IMG/VR virus record: IMGVR_UViG_3300028829_004719
Strand: one strand, 5' to 3'
DNA: 64,000 bases
Source of the DNA: a virus
A model generated the notes under the pieces. That model saw nothing but the letters and a program-made list of their open reading frames with translations, searched no databases and was not told the origin of the DNA. This document shows, piece after piece, positions 28,023-38,219 of this stretch (positions within the stretch are counted from its first letter, which is position 1; every line of letters begins with the position of its first letter). The translations under genes and the position numbers were made by a program.

Positions 28023-29406
28023 GAATCTCGTTTCGCGTCAAACCTTGTTCAATCTTTCCATATTTTCCATGCATAATCATACTAACGTAGTCATGATCAT
28101 CTAAACCCTCACCGTGCCTAGCTGCAATTGGTACAAGTTTTCTATTCCCATGAGCTATTCCATCTTCAGCCATTTCGTCCTCAGATTTCAATTTAAATAT
28201 AGAGAAACTAGTACACAACCAAATCAATCTGTCCGATCCTGAAACGGCATCTGTAGATTCTTTTGTTATGCCGTCGCGATTTAATTGCACAAAAGCACAG
28301 CAAGCAATATCATACTTCACCATAAAGTTGTGAAGCTTTGTAATTTGAAATCCTAACACTTGATACTCTTGCATAGAAGCACTGATGCCTTCACTACCCA
28401 TTAATTTCAAGTAATCATATACGATTAAACAATCGTTAGTTCTGCCAGTCTCATCAAACCCTACGTGTTGATAAACCCATTTTCTCATTTGGCTAAGAAT
28501 ATTTTCAAATGATTCACCGGCAATACTTATGTAATGATAAGGTATTTCTTTTAATTTCGAAGCTGCGTTTTGAACCTTTTCTTTCTCAGAATATGATTCT
28601 GTATATCTACCGCTTGCTATTCTATTAATTTCAATACCTGATAGATTAGCCAATATGCGATTATAATGATCCTCTTTAGACATTTCCGTATCGAGCACAA
28701 GAACTGGTATGTTATGCTCTAAAGCCACATACAAAGCCACAGCGTCCCCAAACATAGACTTCCCAACTTTTGGACGTGCTGCAATCAGATCGACACATTT
28801 CCTACGAAAACCACCCCCTATCGCGGCGTCATAAGCAGGAAAGCCCGATGGGATACCGATAAAATCGGACACGTTGTTGGCGAGAAAGTCTAAGTAATCA
28901 TCTAGACCTTCACCCAAAGTTTCTGTTTTCTTACTAGAAGATTGATAAATATCTCCGGTGGCATCAAGTAAAGGCTCTTCGATGCGGGCAACGATATCCA
29001 TCACATCCTCTTCGCCAGTGACTTCGTTTAGCTCTTTCTCACAAGCTTTAAGAGTCTTAAGTAAGTCTCTTGAAAGTTTTAGTTTTGCTATCTTAGTTCC
29101 GTAGGTTCCAACATTTGATTTAACTATCGGAAAATTAAATAAAGAACGGATGAATCCAATCTCGTCTTTACTATTAATTTGATCTCCTACCCCTAAATCA
29201 TTTGCAGCAGATAGGATGGATGACAATTCTACTTGTGAGTTTTCTGAAATCGATTTGTAAATACAATCAAATATAATTTGATTCATAGGATCAGTAAAGT
29301 CTTGCGAGCTTACGAAATCAATTTCTAAATATGCGTCAAGACCAAACTGACACAACGCGGCTAAAACCGCTCGTTCTGCCGCTAAGTCTGCAAGTTTCTT
29401 TGTCAT
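27946..29406 (-). CDS. dnaB: Replicative DNA helicase
   Basis: AARPKVGKS, DTEMS, VYDYLKL, QLNR, SGSD. Confidence 0.95.
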   Translation of the reverse strand: MTKKLADLAAERAVLAALCQFGLDAYLEIDFVSSQDFTDPMNQIIFDCIYKSISENSQVELSSILSAANDLGVGDQINSKDEIGFIRSLFNFPIVKSNVGTYGTKIAKLKLSRDLLKTLKACEKELNEVTGEEDVMDIVARIEEPLLDATGDIYQSSSKKTETLGEGLDDYLDFLANNVSDFIGIPSGFPAYDAAIGGGFRRKCVDLIAARPKVGKSMFGDAVALYVALEHNIPVLVLDTEMSKEDHYNRILANLSGIEINRIASGRYTESYSEKEKVQNAASKLKEIPYHYISIAGESFENILSQMRKWVYQHVGFDETGRTNDCLIVYDYLKLMGSEGISASMQEYQVLGFQITKLHNFMVKYDIACCAFVQLNRDGITKESTDAVSGSDRLIWLCTSFSIFKLKSEDEMAEDGIAHGNRKLVPIAARHGEGLDDHDYVSMIMHGKYGKIEQGLTRNEIHDANRSREQGFETEEIDEGETSIDM

Positions 29407-29407
29407 T

Positions 29408-29932
29408 CTATTTCCTCATGCATTTATCACACTTAAAAAACTCGCGTGCAAACTGCGGATGGACTTCTACACTATTACTACATATCCCACACTTTTGTGA
29501 TACTTTTTTAAAAGGTTTCCTTCGTCTTTCATTTAAGGTTGTTTCAGGAGTTTGGATATCGTCATGAAGACTGCCGTCGTCAATAAATTTATTTGGCCTT
29601 TTCTTAACTACCAAAGGCTCACGACTCCTTTTCTCTGTATTAGTCTTATTCATTGAGAATTCTTCAAATTTAGAGGAAGGCTTCGACTTCTTTAACACCT
29701 CTTTAATTTTCGGACTTTCTGGAAGTTCTACTTCTGGAAGTTCTACTTCTGGAAACTGACCAGTCTTAACATATTCGGGCAAATCATTCAATGCTCTTGC
29801 CTCATCTTGAAATTCTACTTCTGGAACTGGGATTTCATCCAATAACTCCATAGCAAGGTCTACCATGTCAATATCACCTTGCTCTTTTGCTTTCTTGAGT
29901 AGTTTTTTGATCTTTTCTTTAATTTCAGTCAC
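29408..29932 (-). CDS. Hypothetical protein with C-terminal Zn ribbon and PEVEL repeats
   Basis: CGIC...CDKC; short tandem 15-nt repeat near 29718-29752. Confidence 0.7.
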   Translation of the reverse strand: MTEIKEKIKKLLKKAKEQGDIDMVDLAMELLDEIPVPEVEFQDEARALNDLPEYVKTGQFPEVELPEVELPESPKIKEVLKKSKPSSKFEEFSMNKTNTEKRSREPLVVKKRPNKFIDDGSLHDDIQTPETTLNERRRKPFKKVSQKCGICSNSVEVHPQFAREFFKCDKCMRK

Positions 29933-30405
29933 TATTTCCTCCTAGCTAGATTTGTTAGTATTTCAGCCATTTTCATTATTCGACCATGTTTACCATCTAA
30001 TGTATTCACTCTAGCCTCTGCATGACCTTTGATTTTTAATATGTCCGTAGCGAGTGGATTTTCTTTGCAGGCGTTATAATATTTCTCCTGCCATTTAGAA
30101 TATTGTCCTCCGTATTGATTGATCACCCCACCTATTATATACCAAATAGAAGATTCTGCCCACTCTAAAATATTTTTTTCTTTAACATTTTGCGTTTCTA
30201 TGTATTCAGCATAGGCATAAAGTTTAAACGCTGAAATATTACATTTTTCATAGTTCCACTGTTGCATGTCCTCACTATCTGCGTTTAATATATCTGCTAT
30301 TTCTTGAGGCGGCTTTACTTCAACTATATACTTAGATTTAGTCCAGTCCTCCACCACTTGTAAAAATTCAGCTAATTTTTCTTCTCCATTCATCTTCATT
30401 CTCAT
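29932..30405 (-). CDS. Hypothetical helical protein (possible UvsY-like recombination mediator)
   Basis: 157 aa helical ORF between recA and dnaB; the function rests on context only. Confidence 0.4.
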   Translation of the reverse strand: MRMKMNGEEKLAEFLQVVEDWTKSKYIVEVKPPQEIADILNADSEDMQQWNYEKCNISAFKLYAYAEYIETQNVKEKNILEWAESSIWYIIGGVINQYGGQYSKWQEKYYNACKENPLATDILKIKGHAEARVNTLDGKHGRIMKMAEILTNLARRK

Positions 30406-30766
30406 TATAGTTAAATGTTACAAATCTAATCTCATTCAAACTGCACCATTCTACCTTGTCTCTATCTCTCGCTTGAGCACGAAAGAAAGATAGTTTGTCT
30501 TTGTAATGAAATTTGTTAAATTTAAAATGCTGCTCGCCGTGAACTTCTACTATTAAATTTCTATTGGGAATATAGAGATCTGCACGTAGAGTGCCTCTTC
30601 TTGCGGTCGTTTTTGTTCCCGGAATAGAAACCTCTTCATATATTGTATCATACGGATAACAAATATCAAGGGTTTTTTTTGCTTTCTTATGAAGTTTTGA
30701 TTTTATACCATTATTAGATTTAGGCTTCCAGTTATAGCTATTCCCATCTAAACCTATCACTTTCAT
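30368..30766 (-). CDS. Small Vsr/DUF559-like endonuclease
   Basis: YEEV, ADLYIP, VEVHGEQH, DRDKVEWC. Confidence 0.75.
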   Translation of the reverse strand: MKVIGLDGNSYNWKPKSNNGIKSKLHKKAKKTLDICYPYDTIYEEVSIPGTKTTARRGTLRADLYIPNRNLIVEVHGEQHFKFNKFHYKDKLSFFRAQARDRDKVEWCSLNEIRFVTFNYNENEDEWRRKIS

Positions 30767-31667
30767 ACTGCAACCTATCTAATAATTTATCAAAATTTTC
30801 TTCCAGCAATAAAGAGTAATCGTACTCAATTTTCCCATGCTCTGCGTGAAAGTCATTCATCCGTGTTCTGACGTCGGTCCACTCATATCTATTAACAAGA
30901 ACCATAGGCCAAATTTTAGAGAACACTTGATTCATCCAACTGTCTTGAACAATCGGAACCGTGTTACAGAGAATACACTCCCACGTTCTAAAAGTATCCA
31001 AACCATTGCCAGTCGGAGCTATTGCGAAGTGATGAGAAGATAACTCTGTAAGAAATTCTTTTACTGGTAACTTCTCCCCTTTCAATATTGGCATATTTAA
31101 TTCTACATCTTGTGCATTGTACCTTTTGGGGAAATTGCAATTTATGTAGTTTTGTTTCCAAGCCCATTCAGCAACTCTGATTCTATAAGGAGAAGTGATC
31201 GTAAAGTTTGCATAGCACAATCCACTTTTATTAATCGATCTAAGTTGTTCTAAGTTTACATTATCAAAAGTATTTTCCATAGCGTTGATAGGTATCGGAT
31301 AAATATTTTCTCTTAAAGGTTGTTTTATATTGGTGGTAAACCATCTTTCAACCCTACTGGCTACAGAGTCAATCTCTAGATTTAAATAAACACCACCGCT
31401 TGCAGCGTCTTCGATAGTATAAGAATACCACGGACTAGAAGTTATTTTACATTCGGTTTTCTTTATTCCCCAATCACCAGAATGAGTAATCAAAGTTGAC
31501 CCATCGTCCAATCTGTCTTCAATTAATGTCTCTAATCCATCTATAGTATTTTGCTTTAAACCCGTGGCGATATCTAAAGCGTTCATATTTTTACATGCCT
31601 TGTAAAGATTGCAATATGTCTTATCTTTAAGTTTGCCTTCTTTATCTTTCAACGTCCATAGATTCAT
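30738..31667 (-). CDS. Exostosin-like (GT47) glycosyltransferase
   Basis: HFAIAPTGNGLDTFRTWECILCNTVPIV. Confidence 0.75.
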   Translation of the reverse strand: MNLWTLKDKEGKLKDKTYCNLYKACKNMNALDIATGLKQNTIDGLETLIEDRLDDGSTLITHSGDWGIKKTECKITSSPWYSYTIEDAASGGVYLNLEIDSVASRVERWFTTNIKQPLRENIYPIPINAMENTFDNVNLEQLRSINKSGLCYANFTITSPYRIRVAEWAWKQNYINCNFPKRYNAQDVELNMPILKGEKLPVKEFLTELSSHHFAIAPTGNGLDTFRTWECILCNTVPIVQDSWMNQVFSKIWPMVLVNRYEWTDVRTRMNDFHAEHGKIEYDYSLLLEENFDKLLDRLQYESDRFRWE

Positions 31668-33823
31668 TAATTCAAACCCTCTTTGATCATAGTCTCAAGA
31701 AAATCTACTAAAACTGGGTTCGTTCTCAAAAATTCATACAACTTGTTTTGTCCTTGAAACTTACCAGCTTTTACTGAAAACAGTTCTTCTTCTTTTTCTA
31801 CATCAATATCTGGGAATATTTCTTTCGCCGTATCTTTTAAAAATTGTAAGAATGTACATGTAAACCATGCACCAGATTTGTCGATGAGTCCCAAGTCTAG
31901 TGCTAACGTCAGAATCTCTTGGGTCTTATCGATACCATGACCATAGCGAATGTAGCTTTGCACCTGACCTCCCGGCGGCCCCATTGAAGAACATACAATT
32001 TTCCAGTTAACTAGTTGACCAATTCTTTTTCCGTCGTCGTCGTCCCAGAACTTCACAGCAGAGATTTTTTCGCCACCACCAGCAATTTCCATTCTTGTGT
32101 CTGCCTGATACTGAATTTTGTTACCGCCGTCTGCCATCTTAGCCTTGCCAAAACCAGATGTGTTGGCAATGTAGTGAGTAATAGCAAGAACAAGTCCACG
32201 CTGCCGTGGTAGCAGTTGACCAATCTTCTTTGTGAATATACTAAGGATTTTTGGTAGTCCAGCACGACCGGGAGTGAAGTCATTATCTAACTCTTTAGAT
32301 GGAATCAACGACGAAATAGAGTCAATAATCAAGATAGCCCCGTAATTGTCTGGATGGCTCATCATTAAATAAGCCCACTCCAAAAACTTTTCGGCAGGAA
32401 TAGGTTTGTCTTCTGGAGCCATAATCAACATCTTATTTGGATCAAGCCCGTCCACTTGGAAGTTCATATCTTTGAATCTTCCTTCTGCGTCAATATAGAT
32501 GACGTTGCGTCCCATCTTTTGCACATTGCAGGCAATCTGCATAGCGGTCGTGGTATTATGCGTAACGTTCATACCGTCTGTAACAAAAAGGTGGTCGGGG
32601 TGATCAACACTAATACAAACGCACTCTTCTTTACTTGGAAGTTTTTCCACATCTACTATTTTTTTCATCAAAGTTGACTTACTTCTCTCCTTCTTTCCGG
32701 TTTTTCGATCCAGCCAAAAAAGCTGGTTAATACCTTCGCCAGAAATGTGTAGGCGAAACGATTTAAATCGCTTGCCACCGCACTTTGTGTAACGTTCAAC
32801 AATCTTCACTTTGAATCCAAGAGAGCGAATTACTTCAGCAACATCGTCTCGTAAAGCCGAAGATACTGTGGAGAATTCAGCACCGCCACCGTTGTTATTG
32901 TAACCATCTGAGTCCATTAACCCACGAACAAGTTCAAATCTTTGGTCAATGTCTCCATATTTGTAGCAGTCAGGGATAAACTTTCGGTGGCTATTAAGCC
33001 CCATTAATCCTAGATTTTTGAGATCGTTTGTGAGCGAATTATCTCCCACTCCATTGTCAGGATGAGACAGTGCATAATCGTAATTCGATATGTGTCTCAC
33101 TTTCAAGTTGCGACTCTCGGCAAATTCAGAAAATCTCATCATAATGTCGAGGTCTGCCGTTGAAATCCTCGGCGTTCTCTGGGTTAGACCCCCGTCGCCA
33201 AGAAGCATTCCAAGCTCCCAACCGGGTATCGGTTGTTCTTTTTGTGAAAATTCTAAGGGTTGAGTTAGCTGGATTCTCCACTTAGGATGGTCGCTGTAAT
33301 GAAGCCCCTCAGTTACCATGTCGCCAAGCGTCATAACCTCAAACCCTTTGTATCTGCCGTGATAGTTTTTATTAACACGCCATAAGTGGTCCCACGAGCA
33401 GTCTACATATGTACCGTCACAAAAATGCACACGGTAAATATCAAGCTCCCCTTGGGGAAAAACGCCGTCAACAATTGCGGTTGACCCATCTGGCGTCACC
33501 ACCTCATCTCCAACTTCGATGTCACCTATTTTTACAGGACCATCAGGCGTGTACACGGCAGCGTCAATACGCAGGCTCTTGCCAGACTTTGGATCACCAG
33601 TTAAGGTGACCCAGCTACCTTCCTTGATCCCTCCACCAAGAGCAATATCAATAGCTGGACCAACAGAAATAACTTCGTAATTACTTTTCTCTTTCAAGAC
33701 TTCGGTTCCGGTCTTTATAATCCTGCCAAATTCTTTAGAGGATTTCTTCAAGTAGTCTGGAACCTTGTATGGCTTAGATGGTTCGGGTTCAAGGTTGGAA
33801 TCTGTTAATTTAACTAGTGCCAT
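31667..33823 (-). CDS. recA: RecA-family recombinase containing an intein
   Basis: IDIALGGGI, P-loop GDPKSGK|TT split by an intein, YIDAEG, IIDSISSL, GGNKIQY. Confidence 0.9.
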   Translation of the reverse strand: MALVKLTDSNLEPEPSKPYKVPDYLKKSSKEFGRIIKTGTEVLKEKSNYEVISVGPAIDIALGGGIKEGSWVTLTGDPKSGKSLRIDAAVYTPDGPVKIGDIEVGDEVVTPDGSTAIVDGVFPQGELDIYRVHFCDGTYVDCSWDHLWRVNKNYHGRYKGFEVMTLGDMVTEGLHYSDHPKWRIQLTQPLEFSQKEQPIPGWELGMLLGDGGLTQRTPRISTADLDIMMRFSEFAESRNLKVRHISNYDYALSHPDNGVGDNSLTNDLKNLGLMGLNSHRKFIPDCYKYGDIDQRFELVRGLMDSDGYNNNGGGAEFSTVSSALRDDVAEVIRSLGFKVKIVERYTKCGGKRFKSFRLHISGEGINQLFWLDRKTGKKERSKSTLMKKIVDVEKLPSKEECVCISVDHPDHLFVTDGMNVTHNTTTAMQIACNVQKMGRNVIYIDAEGRFKDMNFQVDGLDPNKMLIMAPEDKPIPAEKFLEWAYLMMSHPDNYGAILIIDSISSLIPSKELDNDFTPGRAGLPKILSIFTKKIGQLLPRQRGLVLAITHYIANTSGFGKAKMADGGNKIQYQADTRMEIAGGGEKISAVKFWDDDDGKRIGQLVNWKIVCSSMGPPGGQVQSYIRYGHGIDKTQEILTLALDLGLIDKSGAWFTCTFLQFLKDTAKEIFPDIDVEKEEELFSVKAGKFQGQNKLYEFLRTNPVLVDFLETMIKEGLN
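32555..33577 (-). mobile_element. LAGLIDADG intein (341 aa) in the RecA P-loop
   Basis: Starts Ser (SLRIDAAV), block B SWDH, LGMLLGDG and LVRGLMDSDG, ends VTHN, +1 Thr. Confidence 0.95.
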
Positions 33824-34277
33824 CTGCTTTCCTTATCTTTGATAGTAAACTTTTCTTGTTTGGTAACTTTCTCGACTTGAACTCACCCTTTGGCTGTTCA
33901 ACGATTTTCTTAGGCTTGCTTTCTTCTGCGTCAACAATCTTCTTAGAATTTTCTATTCCTGATTGTACAAAATCTAAAGCTAGAACAAACTTTTTACTTT
34001 TATGTAAAAATCCCAAGGAGTAAATATTTTTACCTTTAGGACTATTCAAATAGTGAAGTATGGCCTTTTCGCCGTATTTTTTAATCAATTTATGTGCGAC
34101 TCTTACTTGAATCTTATAGTTATCCGTCTTGTTCCAAAACTTATAACCCAAACTGCCCTTATTTTCTTTTTGAGCCTTTCTTAAACACACCATTTCTGCG
34201 ATGTATTGTGCGGTATTACAAGGCTCCCCGGTTGAGATGCTCTTGTATTTCTGGTCGTTTGATTTTTTCTGAGTCAT
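33810..34277 (-). CDS. Hypothetical protein
   Basis: 155 aa basic ORF. Confidence 0.7.
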   Translation of the reverse strand: MTQKKSNDQKYKSISTGEPCNTAQYIAEMVCLRKAQKENKGSLGYKFWNKTDNYKIQVRVAHKLIKKYGEKAILHYLNSPKGKNIYSLGFLHKSKKFVLALDFVQSGIENSKKIVDAEESKPKKIVEQPKGEFKSRKLPNKKSLLSKIRKADGTS

Positions 34278-34737
34278 GTCTAAAGATTAATTGTTTAACG
34301 TTTGCTAAGGTTAACTTACGAGTTTCTTGCAGTGGTTCAATTTCATTTCCTAGAGGCCAAATAAACTTTTTCACCGATATGTAATCACACTCTTCAGACA
34401 GTTTTGACACAGATAAAAATTGAAAATCTCTAGCATTTCCCATACTCTGATCTCTAGCTACCCCCCTAATGATGGAAAAACCATCTAAACCATCTTTATC
34501 TTCCCAAAAAACATGTTGAGGCTGTCCGAACATATAAAGTTTGACCTTTGTTACGTTTAACTTATTGTCATAACAATACTTTCTGAATCTATCCCAACAT
34601 TCAGCATGGTCCGGACGATCATAATCCCCAAAAACACTTTCTCCATTAGAGAGAATACATTCCCAGCTTATTATAATTTGTTGTTCTGTAAGGTCTATAA
34701 AATACTTGTCAGGCTTTTTACAAACATCATAAATCAT
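34216..34737 (-). CDS. Hypothetical protein
   Basis: 173 aa ORF. Confidence 0.7.
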   Translation of the reverse strand: MIYDVCKKPDKYFIDLTEQQIIISWECILSNGESVFGDYDRPDHAECWDRFRKYCYDNKLNVTKVKLYMFGQPQHVFWEDKDGLDGFSIIRGVARDQSMGNARDFQFLSVSKLSEECDYISVKKFIWPLGNEIEPLQETRKLTLANVKQLIFRHDSEKIKRPEIQEHLNRGAL

Positions 34738-34739
34738 AA

Positions 34740-35111
34740 TTATTCCTTAATGCGATGAATAAATCTAGAAATTTTAGAAGACGGTTTGGACTTTGGCTTT
34801 TTTGACTTGTTGTCATCAGCCGCCATAGAAGCTTCTCTTGTCATGATAACTACACCTCTATCTTCTTTTTTTGCAAGAAGGTGTGTGATGTCTTGTCGTG
34901 GCATCCCTCCTCCTGACCCCTTGTTCGAATCTTCACCCTGCACATCTTCGGAGGAGTCAGCGTCGGCGTTGGAGAAGTTTAGTTTCATAATATGCTTCTC
35001 TACCATATGGGTCGATCTATCTAAAGAGATCGCAATATTGGCGACAGACTCATCTTTATACTTTTGTTCAATTGTCTTCTTTTCTTTTTTTGAAAGTGGA
35101 CCTTTTTTCAT
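34740..35111 (-). CDS. Hypothetical protein with possible HTH
   Basis: LSKKEKKTI...SVANIAISLDRSTHMVEKHI. Confidence 0.55.
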   Translation of the reverse strand: MKKGPLSKKEKKTIEQKYKDESVANIAISLDRSTHMVEKHIMKLNFSNADADSSEDVQGEDSNKGSGGGMPRQDITHLLAKKEDRGVVIMTREASMAADDNKSKKPKSKPSSKISRFIHRIKE

Positions 35112-35112
35112 T

Positions 35113-35481
35113 TTAAATCTCCGTTAGTAAAAGTCTTCTTGAAGTTGTAAAGTGTATTCTATTTTTATTTTTTAAGTATTCAACAAAGCTATCGAATGTT
35201 TTCTTTCCAACTTTCCTAAAAGTAAAATCGGATTGCAGTCTTTTTTTAGATACGGAAGAGTCTACCCCATAAGGATCTATGATTTCTCCCCTTCCTACCT
35301 TTAGGAAGTATTGTACACTTCTATCGTCATAGTTATAAGAATTGACCACAAGCTTAGCGTACACACGCTCGTCCTCAGATACCTCTTTGCCCCCTATACC
35401 AAAAAATGTCACTTCGCAAGAAGCGGGATTTGGAATGTTTAAGCTTTTTAATTCGTCTTCGTGATGTCTAGTTTTGCTCAT
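35113..35481 (-). CDS. Hypothetical protein
   Basis: 122 aa ORF. Confidence 0.7.
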   Translation of the reverse strand: MSKTRHHEDELKSLNIPNPASCEVTFFGIGGKEVSEDERVYAKLVVNSYNYDDRSVQYFLKVGRGEIIDPYGVDSSVSKKRLQSDFTFRKVGKKTFDSFVEYLKNKNRIHFTTSRRLLLTEI

Positions 35482-35821
35482 TGATTAACCTTAATATACT
35501 GTCTACCTTTTTTGCGACTTCAGAAAAATTTCCGCCCTTAACTATCAGTCTACCAGAGTCATTCATGCCTATTTTTTTTAAATCATTTGCATTATTAATT
35601 CTGCTGATTAAATTTCCATCAGTGTCTATTTCGTTTGTTGTTATTTTAAACTCCACTATAGCGACGTGAGGTCTATTCTTTCTTAGGGATTCGTTTTTTT
35701 CTTGAGGTCTGTGTAATAATCTTGCAAACGAACTTTGTTGAGAATCTAAACCTTCACACAAATTGTCCATCCATTCTTTCTTCTGATCGTTGCTATAGTT
35801 ATCCCAAGCTTCGTTCTTCAT
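35468..35821 (-). CDS. Hypothetical protein
   Basis: 117 aa ORF. Confidence 0.65.
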   Translation of the reverse strand: MKNEAWDNYSNDQKKEWMDNLCEGLDSQQSSFARLLHRPQEKNESLRKNRPHVAIVEFKITTNEIDTDGNLISRINNANDLKKIGMNDSGRLIVKGGNFSEVAKKVDSILRLINEQN

Positions 35822-36180
35822 TTTTTATCCCCTGTTCTGATCCAATGATCTTTTTCTTGTGGGGTCATTCTATTAATATCATCATGATGTGTTCGCATTT
35901 GATTCATTTTTGTGTGTTTTTTAACCTCGTCTTGTATCTCTTTGTTTTGCTTTTCTAGCTTACCCATCGCTCTTGAGTTCTTGTCTGCCAGTTGACCGAT
36001 TGTTGTAGGTTCACCCCTAATAAAACTAATTGGGGGAGTGAGAAAGACCTTTTTAAATGCTGCCTTTTCATTACACATAGGACAATCTAACTCTGATGGT
36101 GCATCCATAGACTGAATTACTTCATCCACAGCATGACAAATAGAACATTCAAAATCATAAGTAGGCATCCAAATCTCCAT
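35818..36180 (-). CDS. FmdB-family Zn-ribbon protein
   Basis: MPTYDFECSIC...CPMC. Confidence 0.85.
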   Translation of the reverse strand: MEIWMPTYDFECSICHAVDEVIQSMDAPSELDCPMCNEKAAFKKVFLTPPISFIRGEPTTIGQLADKNSRAMGKLEKQNKEIQDEVKKHTKMNQMRTHHDDINRMTPQEKDHWIRTGDKK

Positions 36181-36193
36181 TCAATGTAAAAAC

Positions 36194-36227
36194 TAGGGTT
36201 ACTGTATTATAGTCTACAGTAACCCTA
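36194..36227 (-). terminator. Intrinsic terminator after phoH
   Basis: TAGGGTTACTGTA-ttatagtc-TACAGTAACCCTA 13-bp stem with a T-tract on the minus strand. Confidence 0.85.
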
Positions 36228-36237
36228 AAAGCATTTT

Positions 36238-36903
36238 TTATTTCAATCTTTTAAGAATTTTTGAAATGATACCATTTCTTACAATGTCTTCACTTGTTAA
36301 ATAACAAATCCCCACGCCCATTAGACTTGTTAAACAATCCATACATTGAAGCAGCCCTCCGGATTCCCCTTTTAGATCGGTCTGATCTAGGTCTCCATTT
36401 ATCACAGCTTTTGATCCTATTCCAATTCTTGTCATAAACATTTTGATTTGCTCAAATGTGGCGTTCTGAGCCTCGTCCAGAATCATGAACGTATTATGAA
36501 AGTTCCTTCCACGCATGTATTCCAACGGACAAATCTCTATAGTGTTAGTTGCTCTCATGGAATTGTAAGTTTCCATTCCTAGATACAGTTTCATTTCTTC
36601 TATGATAGGAACCATATATGGATGTACTTTTTCGTTCAGCGATCCGGGTAGAAATCCAATACCCCTTCCAGACTCTACGACAGGTCTAGTAATGATTATT
36701 TTTTCAACCCTGTCAGAAAGAACATATTCGCAAGCCATTCCTACAGAAACTGCTGTTTTTCCAGATCCCGCTGGACCAGAGCAAAACGTTACGTCTGATT
36801 CAGTCATTGCAATGATGTAGTCTTCTTGATTTTCTGTTTTAGGTTTTAATTTTTTACGAGCCGGTCTTATTTGTTGCTTCTGAGATGATCGTTTTTTTTT
36901 CAC
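36238..36903 (-). CDS. phoH: PhoH-family ATPase
   Basis: GPAGSGKT, TRPVVE, GFLPG, YMRGRNF, LDEAQN, GDLDQTD. Confidence 0.95.
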   Translation of the reverse strand: MKKKRSSQKQQIRPARKKLKPKTENQEDYIIAMTESDVTFCSGPAGSGKTAVSVGMACEYVLSDRVEKIIITRPVVESGRGIGFLPGSLNEKVHPYMVPIIEEMKLYLGMETYNSMRATNTIEICPLEYMRGRNFHNTFMILDEAQNATFEQIKMFMTRIGIGSKAVINGDLDQTDLKGESGGLLQCMDCLTSLMGVGICYLTSEDIVRNGIISKILKRLK

Positions 36904-36911
36904 GTTGACCC

Positions 36912-38015
36912 TTAAAATTTAGCTGTTGGTGTAAAGCTTTGAGCGGTATTATCGCGTATAGCGAAATAATCACTATGATCGTTCTGATAATTAAGAGTAA
37001 TTTCTACATTGCCACCACCTGTGTCACCCCCTCCGATATCTATATTAGTTAAGTAATTTTTATCGCCTAAATGCCATTGGAAAAAATTTGAATCCAGCGG
37101 ATTGTTTGCAGTGACCATACTAATTGTCTGATCTGCTGGAGTGTAACCATCTTCTACATTTGAATAAGAAATAGTATTATCGTATCTCGCAATCCCCCTT
37201 ATAGAAAACGATACTCCGACAGGAAGGCTTAGCATTTTGAACCTATTTTGTTCACTTTCATTCGTCGCACCTCTCCAAGTTCCGTTATCGGCCAATTCTT
37301 CATATGTAAAATCCAAGGAAATGTCAAACGACTGCAATCCCCATACTGGATCGCCCGCAGGTTGATTTAGATCAAAATATTCACTAACAAGGTCCGGAAA
37401 TACACTTTGAGTCAAACTGAAATCTTTCTTTTTGACCACGGTTCCGCTTTGAGCAGGGGTGAAATCACTAGGAATAGTTGGAGATGCGTTTCTGGTTACA
37501 GTTCTAGTCGTAAAAGTTGCATCCTCTGTCATTTGACCGTCTATCGATAAACTATAAGACAGACTGGTTAATGTACAATATTCATAAGTAGAAGATATAG
37601 ACTCGCTGGCATCACTTACCGCCCTTTTGTCATCAGGAGTGTAGAAAAGTTCTATATTAAACTCTTTTACAGGATCTGCAACGCCGCCGGTTCCTATTTC
37701 TTTCAATAGATGGCCCGACTTATAATTGACTGATGGGCTTTCATATAATAACGGCTGTCCTTTACAAACAATTCTAGAAATGGTAATTTGATATTCTTCT
37801 TTGCCAAATCTATAAAAGGTCTTTTGTGCGTACCCTACATCAAGAAGGGGTTCTGGAGCTGTTGTTCTAGAGACTCCAACGCTTTGCACGCCTTGCAAAA
37901 TGCTTCCGTCTAGTTTGACTGCTTGACAGGCGAAAAAAATCCTGTCATTTGGTAATGAAAATGGCATAAATAAATTTCTAAAAAGTGGGAGTCCGTTCCC
38001 AATACGTTTAACCAA
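36912..38015 (-). CDS. Putative virion structural protein (tail-tube-like)
   Basis: 367 aa, beta-rich, Thr/Ser/Gly-rich. Likely start MPFSLPND near 37967. Function is inferred only. Confidence 0.4.
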   Translation of the reverse strand: MVKRIGNGLPLFRNLFMPFSLPNDRIFFACQAVKLDGSILQGVQSVGVSRTTAPEPLLDVGYAQKTFYRFGKEEYQITISRIVCKGQPLLYESPSVNYKSGHLLKEIGTGGVADPVKEFNIELFYTPDDKRAVSDASESISSTYEYCTLTSLSYSLSIDGQMTEDATFTTRTVTRNASPTIPSDFTPAQSGTVVKKKDFSLTQSVFPDLVSEYFDLNQPAGDPVWGLQSFDISLDFTYEELADNGTWRGATNESEQNRFKMLSLPVGVSFSIRGIARYDNTISYSNVEDGYTPADQTISMVTANNPLDSNFFQWHLGDKNYLTNIDIGGGDTGGGNVEITLNYQNDHSDYFAIRDNTAQSFTPTAKF

Positions 38016-38148
38016 ATAAGTTAGACCACCATCCTAGACCAACACCAGCAAAATAAGTACCGACGATAAGACCAGTTACAAAAACAGTACGTCTAATAAG
38101 CTTGTATTTTCTAACAAAACAAGCTATAGGACCATTAAAAATAGGCAT
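38008..38148 (-). CDS. Small membrane protein (46 aa, below ORF-track cutoff)
   Basis: MPIFNGPIACFVRKYKLIRRTVFVTGLIVGTYFAGVGLGWWSNLFG with a GAGG SD. Confidence 0.55.
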   Translation of the reverse strand: MPIFNGPIACFVRKYKLIRRTVFVTGLIVGTYFAGVGLGWWSNLFG

Positions 38149-38219
38149 TACATATTCCTCTTTGGACAAGTTTTATAAAACCCTATACGCATTTATTGCC
38201 TGAATTGTAAGCTTTTATT

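Noticed and set aside
29715-29830. Short tandem repeat encoding PEVEL
   Set aside because: Two to three copies of a 15-nt unit in a low-complexity linker; no sign of a DGR or phase-variation role.
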